Shown: positions 1 through 8,401 of the stretch, one piece after another
How the letters are laid out: each line of letters begins with the position of its first letter
How positions within the stretch are numbered: position 1 is the first letter of the stretch
Source of the DNA: Bacillus subtilis subsp. subtilis str. 168
GTDB taxonomy: Bacteria > Bacillota > Bacilli > Bacillales > Bacillaceae
Direction: 5' to 3'
DNA length: 32,000 bases
Assembly: GCF_000009045.1 (NCBI RefSeq)
Contig: NC_000964.3
Span: 990,001 to 1,022,000 of the forward strand
The notes under the pieces: generated by a model
The model's input: the letters and a program-made list of their open reading frames with translations, nothing else
The model's database searches: none
Told to the model about the DNA's origin: nothing
Made by a program: the position numbers and the translations under genes

Positions 1-2
1 AA

Positions 3-680
3 AAGCCTATTGACATTATTTTTTTTCCTAATGAAAAACAGATGGAGGCTTACTCCGGTTTATTGGATGTAGTTGGTTTTTATTCTGAACGGGAGCAGCT
101 GATCGGATTGTTGCCTGAAGAGAAAAAGAAACTGTTAGAAGGGGACGAGGTAGCGGTTTATTTGTACCAGAGATTGTTGATTCATGAATACTCGCACCAT
201 GCGTTTCACCAGAAATTGAAGGAGCTTGAGACGGATCCCGATGAGTTTCCGTTATGGTTTCATGAAGGGTTAAGCGAGTGGATTGCGAACTATGAATTGC
301 TCATAGATCCGATCACGTTTTCTGTCGTGCCCTTTGACCGTTTGCAGACTGATCGAGACTGGCAGGAAGCTAGAGCCGAATATGACACTGATGTCTATTT
401 GCAAAGCTTTTATATGATCGATGAGCTGACGGACAAATACGGGAAAGACATTATTTCAGAAATGATTAAGGAAACGGCAAAAAAAGGGGACTTTGAAAAA
501 GGGTTTAAATCAGCAACAAAGGAAAGTCTTGATCAATTTGAAAAAGATTTTAAGAAAAAATTTGAAAAAAACAGTGCGGCATTGGATAGTATCTATCCAA
601 TGCCTTTGTTATTAGTGAAGTCCTTGCTGACCCATTCCGCCTTGTGTCGGAGGCATTTGTCCTTGGGCAGGGGCGAATGA
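3..680 (+). CDS. yhcP: 3' portion of an HExxH (gluzincin-like) metallopeptidase-family protein; frame is open to the left window edge
   Basis: The track ORF is 42..680, but the same frame has no stop back to nt 3. ATG42 is preceded by cctaatgaaaaacag with no Shine-Dalgarno, so the true N-terminus probably lies outside the window. Motif LIHEYSHHAF (HExxH) is followed by WFHEGLSEW, a candidate third-ligand Glu. The symbol is inferred only from its position just before yhcQ in the remembered B. subtilis gene order. Confidence 0.6.
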   Translation, partial: KPIDIIFFPNEKQMEAYSGLLDVVGFYSEREQLIGLLPEEKKKLLEGDEVAVYLYQRLLIHEYSHHAFHQKLKELETDPDEFPLWFHEGLSEWIANYELLIDPITFSVVPFDRLQTDRDWQEARAEYDTDVYLQSFYMIDELTDKYGKDIISEMIKETAKKGDFEKGFKSATKESLDQFEKDFKKKFEKNSAALDSIYPMPLLLVKSLLTHSALCRRHLSLGRGE

Positions 681-1265
681 ATTTCGCAGCTGTTCCATAT
701 CCTGCGCATCAAGCTGAGGAACCTGGTAATAGCCGTGTTTGTTTTGGTATAGGAAAATTTCAAATGCCATTTCAACATACTCCTGAATTTGCGCAGACAG
801 TACGCGTCTTACGGCCGGATTTGTCATTTCCAGAGAAGCCATCGTCAGCATAGAAGCTTGTGCTTTAATCGCGCAAAGCATTTGTCGGCTGATGATGCTG
901 TCATCAATATCATTCATGGATTGAACAGGTTTTTTAGGCTGTGACGGCTGCATGCCGTAAACAGTCTGGTTGTCTTCCTTCATCATATAAGTTGCTGTTT
1001 TTTGTGAAGGTTCGCTTCCTGTTTTGAAGCATTCTGCAGTTATATTGTATTGAGATGTGATGAATTGATGTTGACGATCAAGGATGTTTAGTAATTCTTG
1101 ATCCTTACAGAATTGTCTCAGCATCATAAACTGATCAAGCACAGTAAGTGTTCCGGAAAGCACCTCATGCATATCAAACATTTCATGTCCGCCGTGGTTT
1201 TTATGCGGTTTGCCAGGAATACCTTTGTTCATTTGGGATTGCTGCTGCTGATTGAACTGATCCAA
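612..1265 (-). CDS. yhcQ: CotF-like spore coat protein (217 aa)
   Basis: Clean 217-aa ORF with a TTG start at 1265. It is preceded on the minus strand by AAGGAGG plus a 7-nt spacer. The Gln/Met/His-rich, helix-rich sequence is typical of the coat-F family. Length and position match yhcQ. Confidence 0.85.
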   Translation of the reverse strand: MDQFNQQQQSQMNKGIPGKPHKNHGGHEMFDMHEVLSGTLTVLDQFMMLRQFCKDQELLNILDRQHQFITSQYNITAECFKTGSEPSQKTATYMMKEDNQTVYGMQPSQPKKPVQSMNDIDDSIISRQMLCAIKAQASMLTMASLEMTNPAVRRVLSAQIQEYVEMAFEIFLYQNKHGYYQVPQLDAQDMEQLRNSFAPAQGQMPPTQGGMGQQGLH

Positions 1266-1410
1266 ACCGAATTCCTCCTTTTTTTTCAGATCAGCTGTAT
1301 TTTGTGTCAGTCTGCCGTGTATTATGCAGAAGCCTGAAAGGAATTATATGCTGTCTGTCGAAATGATAAGCAGACAAAATCGTTGTCATTATGTGTATAA
1401 GGGAGGAAAT

Positions 1411-4400
1411 ATGATGAGGCGTATTCTGCATATTGTGTTGATCACGGCATTAATGTTCTTAAATGTAATGTACACGTTCGAAGCTGTAAAGGCAGCTGAA
1501 CCGCAACAGCCTATATCGATTGAGAAGGCAATACAGCAAAAAGAAGGACAGGCACTTGTCGAAGGATATGCAGTCGGCCAGGCTGTTTCCCCGCAGCATT
1601 ATAAACTGACAAGCCCTTTTTCAAATGATTATAATGTTGCGCTGGCAGACCGTAAAAACAAAACATCGCCCGAACACATCCTTCCTGTGCAAATCCCCTC
1701 CGCCTTCAGAAGCCAATTTGGGCTGCAAACCAATCCGCTTCTTCTTGGGAAAAAGATAACGGTTCAAGGAAAGCTTGAAAATTACTTTAACACGACAGGA
1801 CTTAAAAACGTTCAGTCGATGAACGTAACCGATGACACAAAAACTCCGCCGGCTGAACAGCAAGTGACCATAAATGAAGCACGGGGAAGGCTGAATGAAG
1901 AAGTAACGATAAAAGGGATCATTACAGCTGATCAAAACGCAATCGGAGGCGGGAAGCTGTCGACCTTTTTGCAAGATGAAACCGGAGGCATTAACATTTA
2001 TTCGCCATCCCCTGAACAATTTCCCGAATTAAAAGAGGGTATGGATGTCACGGTGACAGGGAAAATCACGTCTTACCAGGGGCTGAAAGAAATCGTTCCA
2101 AACTCATCAGGCATCAAAATCAACCAGTCAAATCAATCCCTCCCCGCCCCCAAACACTTAACAATCAATGAACTTATTAACGGCAGCCTAGGTGATCAGT
2201 ATGAAGGACGCCTTGTGAAACTAACCGCTTTTGTTTCCTCAATTCCAAGTTCTCCTGCCGGCGGCGGTTACAATGTAACAATGATTGATGACGACCATCA
2301 TGCAATGACGCTCCGGGTTATGAATGAAACAGGGGTGATAAACGAGCTTGATGAGGGCAAATGGTATGAATTTACCGGTGTGTTAAGCAGATACCAAACC
2401 TTTCAGCTGCTTCCGCGAAAATCGGCTGACCTGAAGCTGCTTGAAGAGCAGCCCGCACCTCCGTCTGCAGAGGGAGAATATGAAGGGATTGTTGACCGGG
2501 TAGTTGACGGCGATACCATTCATCTTAAATCTCCGGTGCTTGGAACGACAAAAATCCGGTTTGTAAATGTAGATGCACCCGAAACATATCACACACCAAA
2601 AAATGACGCAGATGAAAATCAATTAAGATTTGGCAAAAAAGCATCTGACTATCTAAAAACGGTTCTGTCCCCGGGTGATAAAATTACTGTCAAGGTCGGG
2701 AGTGAAGCCAAGGACAGCTATGGCAGATTGCTCGGACAAGTCATAACCGAATCAGGTTCAAACGTGAACTTAGAGCTTGTAAAAAACGGCTATGCTCCGA
2801 CGTATTTTATTTGGCCGGTTGACAATGAAGAGGATTATCAGCAATTTCAGGCCGCAGTAGCCGCTGCAAAAAAAGATCAAAAAGGAATTTGGAATGAAAA
2901 CGATCCCCTCATGGAAATGCCGTTTGAATTCAGAGCCAGAGAGCAAGGGAAAGGCCTGACAAGATATGTGGGGGACTCGTCGAATAAAACATATGTGCAG
3001 CCAGCTGACTGGAAGAAGATAGCTGTGGAAAACAGAATTTTCTTCGCCTCAGCAAGTGAAGCGGAGAGCGCGGGATATAAAAAAAGGCAAACGGCACCTC
3101 AAGAACATGTGCCGCTTAGAATTCTCAGCATGAATGATTTGCATGGCAAAATCGATCAGCAATATGAGCTTGATCTTGATGGAAATGGAACTGTAGACGG
3201 CACGTTTGGACGCATGGATTATGCCGCCGCATATTTAAAAGAAAAAAAGGCTGAAAAGAAAAACTCGCTGATTGTGCACGCGGGAGATATGATCGGCGGA
3301 AGCTCTCCAGTTTCCTCTCTTCTTCAGGATGAACCGACTGTAGAACTGATGGAGGACATCGGATTTGATGTCGGAACCGTGGGAAACCACGAATTTGATG
3401 AAGGCACGGATGAACTTCTGAGGATCTTAAATGGCGGTGATCATCCGAAAGGCACAAGCGGATATGATGGACAGAACTTTCCCCTTGTATGTGCCAATTG
3501 TAAAATGAAATCAACTGGAGAGCCCTTTTTGCCGGCTTACGACATCATTAATGTGGAGGGCGTACCCGTTGCTTTTATCGGAGTTGTCACACAGTCGGCA
3601 GCTGGCATGGTTATGCCTGAAGGAATAAAAAATATCGAGTTTACAGATGAAGCAACAGCGGTGAATAAGGCGGCCGAAGAGCTCAAGAAAAAAGGCGTGA
3701 AGGCCATCGCGGTTCTCGCACATATGTCAGCTGAACAAAACGGCAACGCCATTACCGGTGAGTCTGCTGATCTTGCAAACAAAACAGATTCTGAAATTGA
3801 CGTGATTTTTGCCGCGCATAATCATCAGGTTGTTAACGGTGAAGTGAATGGAAAACTGATTGTTCAAGCGTTTGAATATGGAAAAGCGATAGGTGTCGTT
3901 GATGTAGAGATCGATAAAACGACAAAAGACATTGTCAAAAAGTCCGCGGAAATCGTATATGTTGATCAAAGTAAAATCGAACCGGATGTCAGCGCGTCAG
4001 CCATTTTAAAGAAATACGAAACAATTGCGGAACCGATTATCAGCGAGGTAGTCGGCGAAGCCGCTGTTGATATGGAAGGGGGGTATTCAAATGACGGCGA
4101 TACACCTCTTGGAAACCTGATTGCGGATGGTATGAGAGCTGCCATGAAAACGGATTTTGCCCTTATGAATGGCGGCGGCATACGTGAAGCGCTGAAGAAG
4201 GGTCCAATTACGTGGGGAGATCTTTACAATATTCAGCCGTTTGGAAATGTGTTAACGAAGCTTGAGATTAAAGGAAAAGATTTAAGAGAGATTATCAATG
4301 CGCAAATCTCGCCGGTTTTTGGGCCTGACTACAGCATCAGCGGGTTTACGTATACGTGGGATAAAGAAACCGGAAAAGCAGTTGATATGAAAATGGCAGA

Positions 4401-5001
4401 TGGCACCGAGATCCAGCCCGATGCCACATATACATTGACCGTCAACAACTTTATGGCGACGGCGACAGGAGCCAAATATCAGCCAATCGGACTGCTGGGA
4501 AAAAATCCGGTGACAGGGCCTGAGGATTTGGAAGCGACAGTTGAGTACGTGAAGAGTTTTGATGAGCCAATTGCGTATACAAAAGAGGGAAGAATTAAGC
4601 TTGCTGAAGCCAGTGATATTGAAGACCCTGTAACAGAAGACCCGATAACGGAAGAGCCTGGAGATGATCCGGGGACGGAGGATCCGATTAAAGAGGATCC
4701 AAGGCCAGGTGAAGATTTGCCTGATATAAAAGAAACTCCGGGAACAGCACCGGTTCATCAGCTTCCGCCTTCAGCCATTTCGAGATTCAATGAAATACCA
4801 ATCAACAACACAAAAACCGCTGATACTGCTAATAGCATCAGCACATTGCCGTTACAAACCGAGACTGCGGAAAGCGGGTCTGATCATCAGCTTCCGGATA
4901 CGTCAGCGGGCTACTATAACTTTATGGTAATCGGTGCGGCGGTGACATTGTCAGGAACTTATCTATATGTCAGAAGAAAAAGGAGCGCCTCCAGAACGTG
5001 A
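1411..5001 (+). CDS. yhcR: Cell-wall-anchored multidomain nuclease / 5'-nucleotidase, a sortase substrate
   Basis: N-terminal signal peptide MMRRILHIVLITALMFLNVMYTFEAVKA follows directly after GGAGG at 1402-1406. ATG1411 or ATG1414 is the likely start; in-frame ATG1348 would give the 1217-aa form, and track ATG1324 has no SD. Thermonuclease-like block: DGDTIHL...RFVNVDAPET...GRLLG. Metallophosphoesterase motifs: LSMNDLHG, GDMIGGS, GNHEFD. A 5'-nucleotidase C-terminal domain follows, then an acidic Pro-rich spacer (EDPVTEDPITEEPGDDPGTEDPIKEDP). The C-terminus is LPDTS, a hydrophobic helix and RRKRS. Confidence 0.93.
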   Translation: MMRRILHIVLITALMFLNVMYTFEAVKAAEPQQPISIEKAIQQKEGQALVEGYAVGQAVSPQHYKLTSPFSNDYNVALADRKNKTSPEHILPVQIPSAFRSQFGLQTNPLLLGKKITVQGKLENYFNTTGLKNVQSMNVTDDTKTPPAEQQVTINEARGRLNEEVTIKGIITADQNAIGGGKLSTFLQDETGGINIYSPSPEQFPELKEGMDVTVTGKITSYQGLKEIVPNSSGIKINQSNQSLPAPKHLTINELINGSLGDQYEGRLVKLTAFVSSIPSSPAGGGYNVTMIDDDHHAMTLRVMNETGVINELDEGKWYEFTGVLSRYQTFQLLPRKSADLKLLEEQPAPPSAEGEYEGIVDRVVDGDTIHLKSPVLGTTKIRFVNVDAPETYHTPKNDADENQLRFGKKASDYLKTVLSPGDKITVKVGSEAKDSYGRLLGQVITESGSNVNLELVKNGYAPTYFIWPVDNEEDYQQFQAAVAAAKKDQKGIWNENDPLMEMPFEFRAREQGKGLTRYVGDSSNKTYVQPADWKKIAVENRIFFASASEAESAGYKKRQTAPQEHVPLRILSMNDLHGKIDQQYELDLDGNGTVDGTFGRMDYAAAYLKEKKAEKKNSLIVHAGDMIGGSSPVSSLLQDEPTVELMEDIGFDVGTVGNHEFDEGTDELLRILNGGDHPKGTSGYDGQNFPLVCANCKMKSTGEPFLPAYDIINVEGVPVAFIGVVTQSAAGMVMPEGIKNIEFTDEATAVNKAAEELKKKGVKAIAVLAHMSAEQNGNAITGESADLANKTDSEIDVIFAAHNHQVVNGEVNGKLIVQAFEYGKAIGVVDVEIDKTTKDIVKKSAEIVYVDQSKIEPDVSASAILKKYETIAEPIISEVVGEAAVDMEGGYSNDGDTPLGNLIADGMRAAMKTDFALMNGGGIREALKKGPITWGDLYNIQPFGNVLTKLEIKGKDLREIINAQISPVFGPDYSISGFTYTWDKETGKAVDMKMADGTEIQPDATYTLTVNNFMATATGAKYQPIGLLGKNPVTGPEDLEATVEYVKSFDEPIAYTKEGRIKLAEASDIEDPVTEDPITEEPGDDPGTEDPIKEDPRPGEDLPDIKETPGTAPVHQLPPSAISRFNEIPINNTKTADTANSISTLPLQTETAESGSDHQLPDTSAGYYNFMVIGAAVTLSGTYLYVRRKRSASRT
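4891..4998 (+). other. C-terminal cell-wall sorting signal of YhcR (LPDTS + TM helix + basic tail)
   Basis: Codons ctt ccg gat acg tca at 4891-4905 encode LPDTS. They are followed by AGYYNFMVIGAAVTLSGTYLYV and RRKRSASRT. This is the classic tripartite sortase signal, and it sits immediately upstream of a sortase gene. Confidence 0.9.
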
Positions 5002-5594
5002 AAAAAGTTATTCCACTATTCATCATTGCTGCCGGCCTAGTGATCGCAGGCTATGGAGGCTTTAAATTGATCGATACGAATACGAAAACGGAACAGACAT
5101 TAAAAGAAGCAAAGCTGGCGGCTAAAAAGCCGCAGGAAGCTTCGGGGACGAAAAATAGCACAGATCAAGCAAAGAACAAAGCATCATTTAAGCCTGAGAC
5201 CGGCCAAGCGAGCGGCATTTTAGAAATACCGAAAATCAATGCAGAGCTTCCGATCGTGGAGGGCACCGATGCTGATGATTTAGAAAAAGGTGTCGGGCAT
5301 TACAAGGACAGCTATTATCCTGATGAAAACGGACAAATTGTGCTGTCAGGGCATCGGGATACCGTGTTTCGCCGGACGGGAGAGCTGGAAAAGGGGGATC
5401 AGCTCCGTCTTCTCCTGTCATATGGAGAATTCACATATGAAATTGTAAAAACAAAAATTGTCGATAAGGATGACACATCTATTATCACGCTCCAGCATGA
5501 AAAGGAAGAGCTGATTCTGACGACCTGCTATCCGTTTTCATACGTCGGAAATGCCCCGAAGCGCTATATTATATATGGAAAACGAGTGACTTAA
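4998..5594 (+). CDS. yhcS: Sortase (transpeptidase), 198 aa
   Basis: The GTG start overlaps the yhcR stop (GTGA at 4998-5001). There is an N-terminal membrane anchor (IPLFIIAAGLVIAGYGGF). The catalytic His context is VLSGHRD and the catalytic Cys motif is LILTTCYP (TLxTC type). Confidence 0.93.
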   Translation: MKKVIPLFIIAAGLVIAGYGGFKLIDTNTKTEQTLKEAKLAAKKPQEASGTKNSTDQAKNKASFKPETGQASGILEIPKINAELPIVEGTDADDLEKGVGHYKDSYYPDENGQIVLSGHRDTVFRRTGELEKGDQLRLLLSYGEFTYEIVKTKIVDKDDTSIITLQHEKEELILTTCYPFSYVGNAPKRYIIYGKRVT

Positions 5595-5621
5595 AAAGCC
5601 GAGGCAGTGCCTGCGGCTTTT
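5594..5621. terminator. Bidirectional hairpin terminator between convergent yhcS and yhcT
   Basis: AAAAGCCG (5594-5601) pairs with CGGCTTTT (5614-5621), with additional inner pairing. A runs flank it on one side and T runs on the other. It fills the 29-nt gap between the two stop codons. Confidence 0.75.
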
Positions 5622-5623
5622 CT

Positions 5624-6532
5624 TCATGAAAAATATGTGCGGCAAAGGTTTTTCATATCAGCAGGGAAAGGGGCTTCAGCAACTATGAGCTCGTCTGTTA
5701 TCGGGTGAACCGCTTGTACTTTATTGGCGTGCAGTGCCTGCCTGTTTAGCAGCTTGCTCCCGCCTCCGTAAAGCGAGTCTCCTGTCAACGGATGGCCGAG
5801 GCTCGCCAGATGAACACGGATTTGGTGTGTTCTGCCTGTTTCCAGCTCTAATTCAACGAGCGACAGCCGTTCTTTCGCATTGCTGGCCATTACCTTGAAA
5901 TGAGTGACGGCTGTTTGCCCGCCTGGTGAAACCCGGCGTCTTGTCGGGTGTGAGCGGTCTCTGCCGATCGGTGAATTAATTGTCCCTTTTTTCGTCCGTA
6001 GCTTACCTTCAGCGATAGCGGTATACGTACGCTTCAGCGTCTTTTTCTCTAACTGCTGGTCTAAGATGGCGTGTGCCAAACGATGCTTGGCAAAAACGAT
6101 AGCGCCAGATGTATCCTGATCAAGACGATGGACGTGGCGCACCTTACATGTTTCGCCATTTATCTGATAATGATACGCGATCAAATTAGCCAGTGTGCCG
6201 GTTTGCCCATCCTCATTCGGATGCGTCGCGATGCCAGCGGGTTTATTGATGATGAGCATATGATTGTCCTCAAATAAAATATCAAGCTCGCCATACTCCG
6301 GAATGACCGAAGATGCTTCACTTTCCTGAAGATCAATGAACACGCGGTCTCCCTTTTTTACAATCATATTGTTTAAGACGGATTCGTGATTGACCTTTAT
6401 CTGTTGATGGGACATCCAGTCTTGTATCACTGGTTTAGAAGCTTTGAGCGCTGTTTTGAGTACGGAAAACAGCCATTGGCCGTCCTGTTTTTCATTGATG
6501 AGGATCTCAAGCCCTCTGCCTTTTTGGTTCAT
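5624..6532 (-). CDS. yhcT: RluA/RluD-family pseudouridine synthase with N-terminal S4 domain (302 aa)
   Basis: Catalytic-Asp motif VHRLDQDTSG is present, along with the conserved TGRTHQIRVH block. Length matches yhcT. Confidence 0.92.
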   Translation of the reverse strand: MNQKGRGLEILINEKQDGQWLFSVLKTALKASKPVIQDWMSHQQIKVNHESVLNNMIVKKGDRVFIDLQESEASSVIPEYGELDILFEDNHMLIINKPAGIATHPNEDGQTGTLANLIAYHYQINGETCKVRHVHRLDQDTSGAIVFAKHRLAHAILDQQLEKKTLKRTYTAIAEGKLRTKKGTINSPIGRDRSHPTRRRVSPGGQTAVTHFKVMASNAKERLSLVELELETGRTHQIRVHLASLGHPLTGDSLYGGGSKLLNRQALHANKVQAVHPITDELIVAEAPFPADMKNLCRTYFS

Positions 6533-6642
6533 GTTAAATGGCTCCTTTTCGAAGCGGAAGGCTGCTGTTTCTCATAGGAAACACTTACCTTAGCTTTCGC
6601 GTTTTTTTCTGTGCTATTCTTGAGTAAGACTTAGGATATTCG

Positions 6643-7038
6643 ATGGCAAGAAAGGTGATTGACGTGAGAATTGTGAACGCAGCAACTGCAGAACAGGAGA
6701 GCTTTATCAAGGAGCTGTCTATGGAGCTGATCCATGATGTATTTCCTCTTTATTTCTCCGAACTGGACATTCAGCGCTTTAAAAAGAAAGGCGTTCTGTC
6801 TTTAAATAACCATTATTACCAAGGAACATTAAAAGAAGCATTTCAAATTATGGCTTGTCTGCAAATGATACATATTATCCTGACCAAGCCTTCGCCGCAC
6901 TCTGATTTGAGTGATCAGGCGATTTTTGAAAAAAACAGCAAGATGCTGAATGATTTTGGGATTTATTTTCCGTTTGCTTTTTCTGACTTTCAAAAGAAGA
7001 CTAACAAAGCCTTTTTCGGTCAAAGAAGGCTGATATAA
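6643..7038 (+). CDS. yhcU: Small conserved protein of unknown function (131 aa)
   Basis: Clean ORF with a weak SD (taggat) and a hairpin terminator directly downstream. I recognise no catalytic motif. The symbol comes from position only. Confidence 0.7.
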   Translation: MARKVIDVRIVNAATAEQESFIKELSMELIHDVFPLYFSELDIQRFKKKGVLSLNNHYYQGTLKEAFQIMACLQMIHIILTKPSPHSDLSDQAIFEKNSKMLNDFGIYFPFAFSDFQKKTNKAFFGQRRLI

Positions 7039-7049
7039 TCATGCGGCAA

Positions 7050-7081
7050 GGGCTTTTCTATTTTTAGAAAAGCTCTTTTTG
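7050..7081 (+). terminator. Rho-independent terminator after yhcU
   Basis: GGGCTTTTCT pairs with AGAAAAGCTC (10 bp, one G-U). The loop is attttt and TTTTT follows at 7076-7080. Confidence 0.75.
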
Positions 7082-7174
7082 TATCAGAGAAATCATATCA
7101 TAAAACCTTTCCTCTAACTCCCTTTTTAAACGGCTCGTGTCTGAACATACTAATGATTGAAAGGGGTGCTGACA

Positions 7175-7597
7175 ATGAGTTCAGTTAAAGATACAATGAC
7201 AACGCAGGTGGCAACCGTTTCTCCGAATCAAACGATTCAGGAAGCGGCTTCTCTAATGAAACAGCATAACGTCGGGGCGATCCCCGTTGTAGAGCAAGGT
7301 GTTTTAAAAGGAATGCTGACTGACCGTGACATTGCATTAAGAACTACAGCTCAGGGCCGTGATGGCCAGACACCCGTTTCAGAAGTGATGTCAACAGAAC
7401 TCGTATCAGGAAACCCTAATATGAGTCTGGAAGACGCGTCGCAGCTGATGGCCCAGCACCAAATCCGCCGCCTTCCTATTGTAGATCAAAACAATCTAGT
7501 CGGGATCGTTGCGCTTGGAGACCTGGCAGTCAATCAGATGTCGAACGAGTCTGCGGGATCAGCGCTGACAAACATTTCTCACCAAAACATTCATTAA
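7175..7597 (+). CDS. yhcV: CBS-domain pair protein (140 aa)
   Basis: ATG7175 sits 8 nt after GAAAGGGG; the track start at 7157 (TTG) has no SD. Two CBS repeats are visible (VATVSPNQTIQEAASLMKQHNVGAIPVV and LVSGNPNMSLEDASQLMAQHQIRRLPIV). Confidence 0.9.
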   Translation: MSSVKDTMTTQVATVSPNQTIQEAASLMKQHNVGAIPVVEQGVLKGMLTDRDIALRTTAQGRDGQTPVSEVMSTELVSGNPNMSLEDASQLMAQHQIRRLPIVDQNNLVGIVALGDLAVNQMSNESAGSALTNISHQNIH

Positions 7598-7598
7598 T

Positions 7599-7632
7599 AA
7601 GAAAGAGCTTGCAGTGTGCAGGCTCTTTCTTC
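7599..7632 (+). terminator. Hairpin after yhcV (weak T tract)
   Basis: AAGAAAGAGCtTGCA-gtg-TGCAgGCTCTTTCTT is a long, near-perfect stem starting 2 nt after the stop. The following U tract is interrupted (tcttcac), so termination may be partial. Confidence 0.6.
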
Positions 7633-7723
7633 ACATAAAACCTTACTTTTTGAAAGCAGACTTGTTTCGGGGTATAGTGAGTGTATACATATGTCTCAAT
7701 TCGTACTAAAGGAGTTGTACCCA

Positions 7724-8386
7724 GTGATTAAAGCGTTAATTTTTGATTTTGACGGGCTTATTCTAGATACAGAAACACACGAATATGAGGTTCTTCAGGA
7801 AATATTTGAAGAGCACGGCTCAGTGCTGCCGCTATCTGTCTGGGGAAAGGTCATCGGAACTGCTGCGGGTTTCCGGCCTTTTGAATATTTAGAAGAGCAG
7901 ATCGGGAAAAAGCTGAACCATGAAGAGCTCACACAATTGAGAAGAGAGCGGTTTGCCAAACGCATGGAATCAGAAAAAGCGAGACCTGGTGTCGAAGCGT
8001 ATTTGAATGCGGCAAAGGATTTAGGCTTAAAAATAGGCCTTGCCTCCAGCTCTGATTATAAATGGGTGTCCGGCCATTTGAAGCAAATCGGCCTGTTTGA
8101 TGATTTTGAAGTTATTCAAACGGCGGATGATGTGGAAGAGGTGAAGCCGAATCCTGAACTCTATTTATTGGCGGCAAAGAACCTGGGGGTATCGCCAGCG
8201 GAATGTCTCGCGTTTGAGGATTCTGTCAATGGTTCGATTGCTGCGAAACGTGCAGGCATGAAGTGTGTCATTGTCCCGAATAAAGTAACGGGTACCTTGA
8301 TGTTTGAAGACTATGATCACAGGCTTGAATCAATGGCGGAGATGGAGCTCGCCCTATTGCTTGATCATCTGAACTCACAAAACTAG
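7724..8386 (+). CDS. yhcW: HAD-superfamily phosphatase, beta-phosphoglucomutase-like (220 aa)
   Basis: GTG7724 lies 9 nt after AAGGAG; the 36-codon upstream extension in the track has no SD. HAD motif I is FDFDGLILDTE (DxDxT). Motifs II and III are LASSS and K...EDSVNG. Confidence 0.9.
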   Translation: MIKALIFDFDGLILDTETHEYEVLQEIFEEHGSVLPLSVWGKVIGTAAGFRPFEYLEEQIGKKLNHEELTQLRRERFAKRMESEKARPGVEAYLNAAKDLGLKIGLASSSDYKWVSGHLKQIGLFDDFEVIQTADDVEEVKPNPELYLLAAKNLGVSPAECLAFEDSVNGSIAAKRAGMKCVIVPNKVTGTLMFEDYDHRLESMAEMELALLLDHLNSQN

Positions 8387-8401
8387 AAAGGAGCGAGTAG
8401 G

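Noticed and set aside
1356-1362. Perfect Spo0A box TGTCGAA 50 nt upstream of the yhcR start.
   Set aside because: A 7-mer is expected about four times by chance in 64 kb of two-strand sequence. A second copy sits inside yhcV (about 7545-7551). There is no supporting second box or promoter context.
1621-4758. Minus-strand ORFs of 70-158 aa inside yhcR (1621..2019, 2383..2622, 3125..3514, 3511..3723, 3537..3782, 3727..3969, 3966..4181, 4282..4758).
   Set aside because: All are antisense to a strongly supported multidomain CDS. They lack SD sequences and have Arg/Cys/Phe-rich composition typical of antisense frames.
7157-7723. Longer N-terminal extensions offered by the ORF track for yhcV (7157) and yhcW (7616). 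The same issue applies to yhcY (18659) and yhcR (1324).
   Set aside because: In each case a downstream in-frame start has a properly spaced SD and gives the protein length I recall for the B. subtilis gene. The extensions cross terminators or lack an SD.
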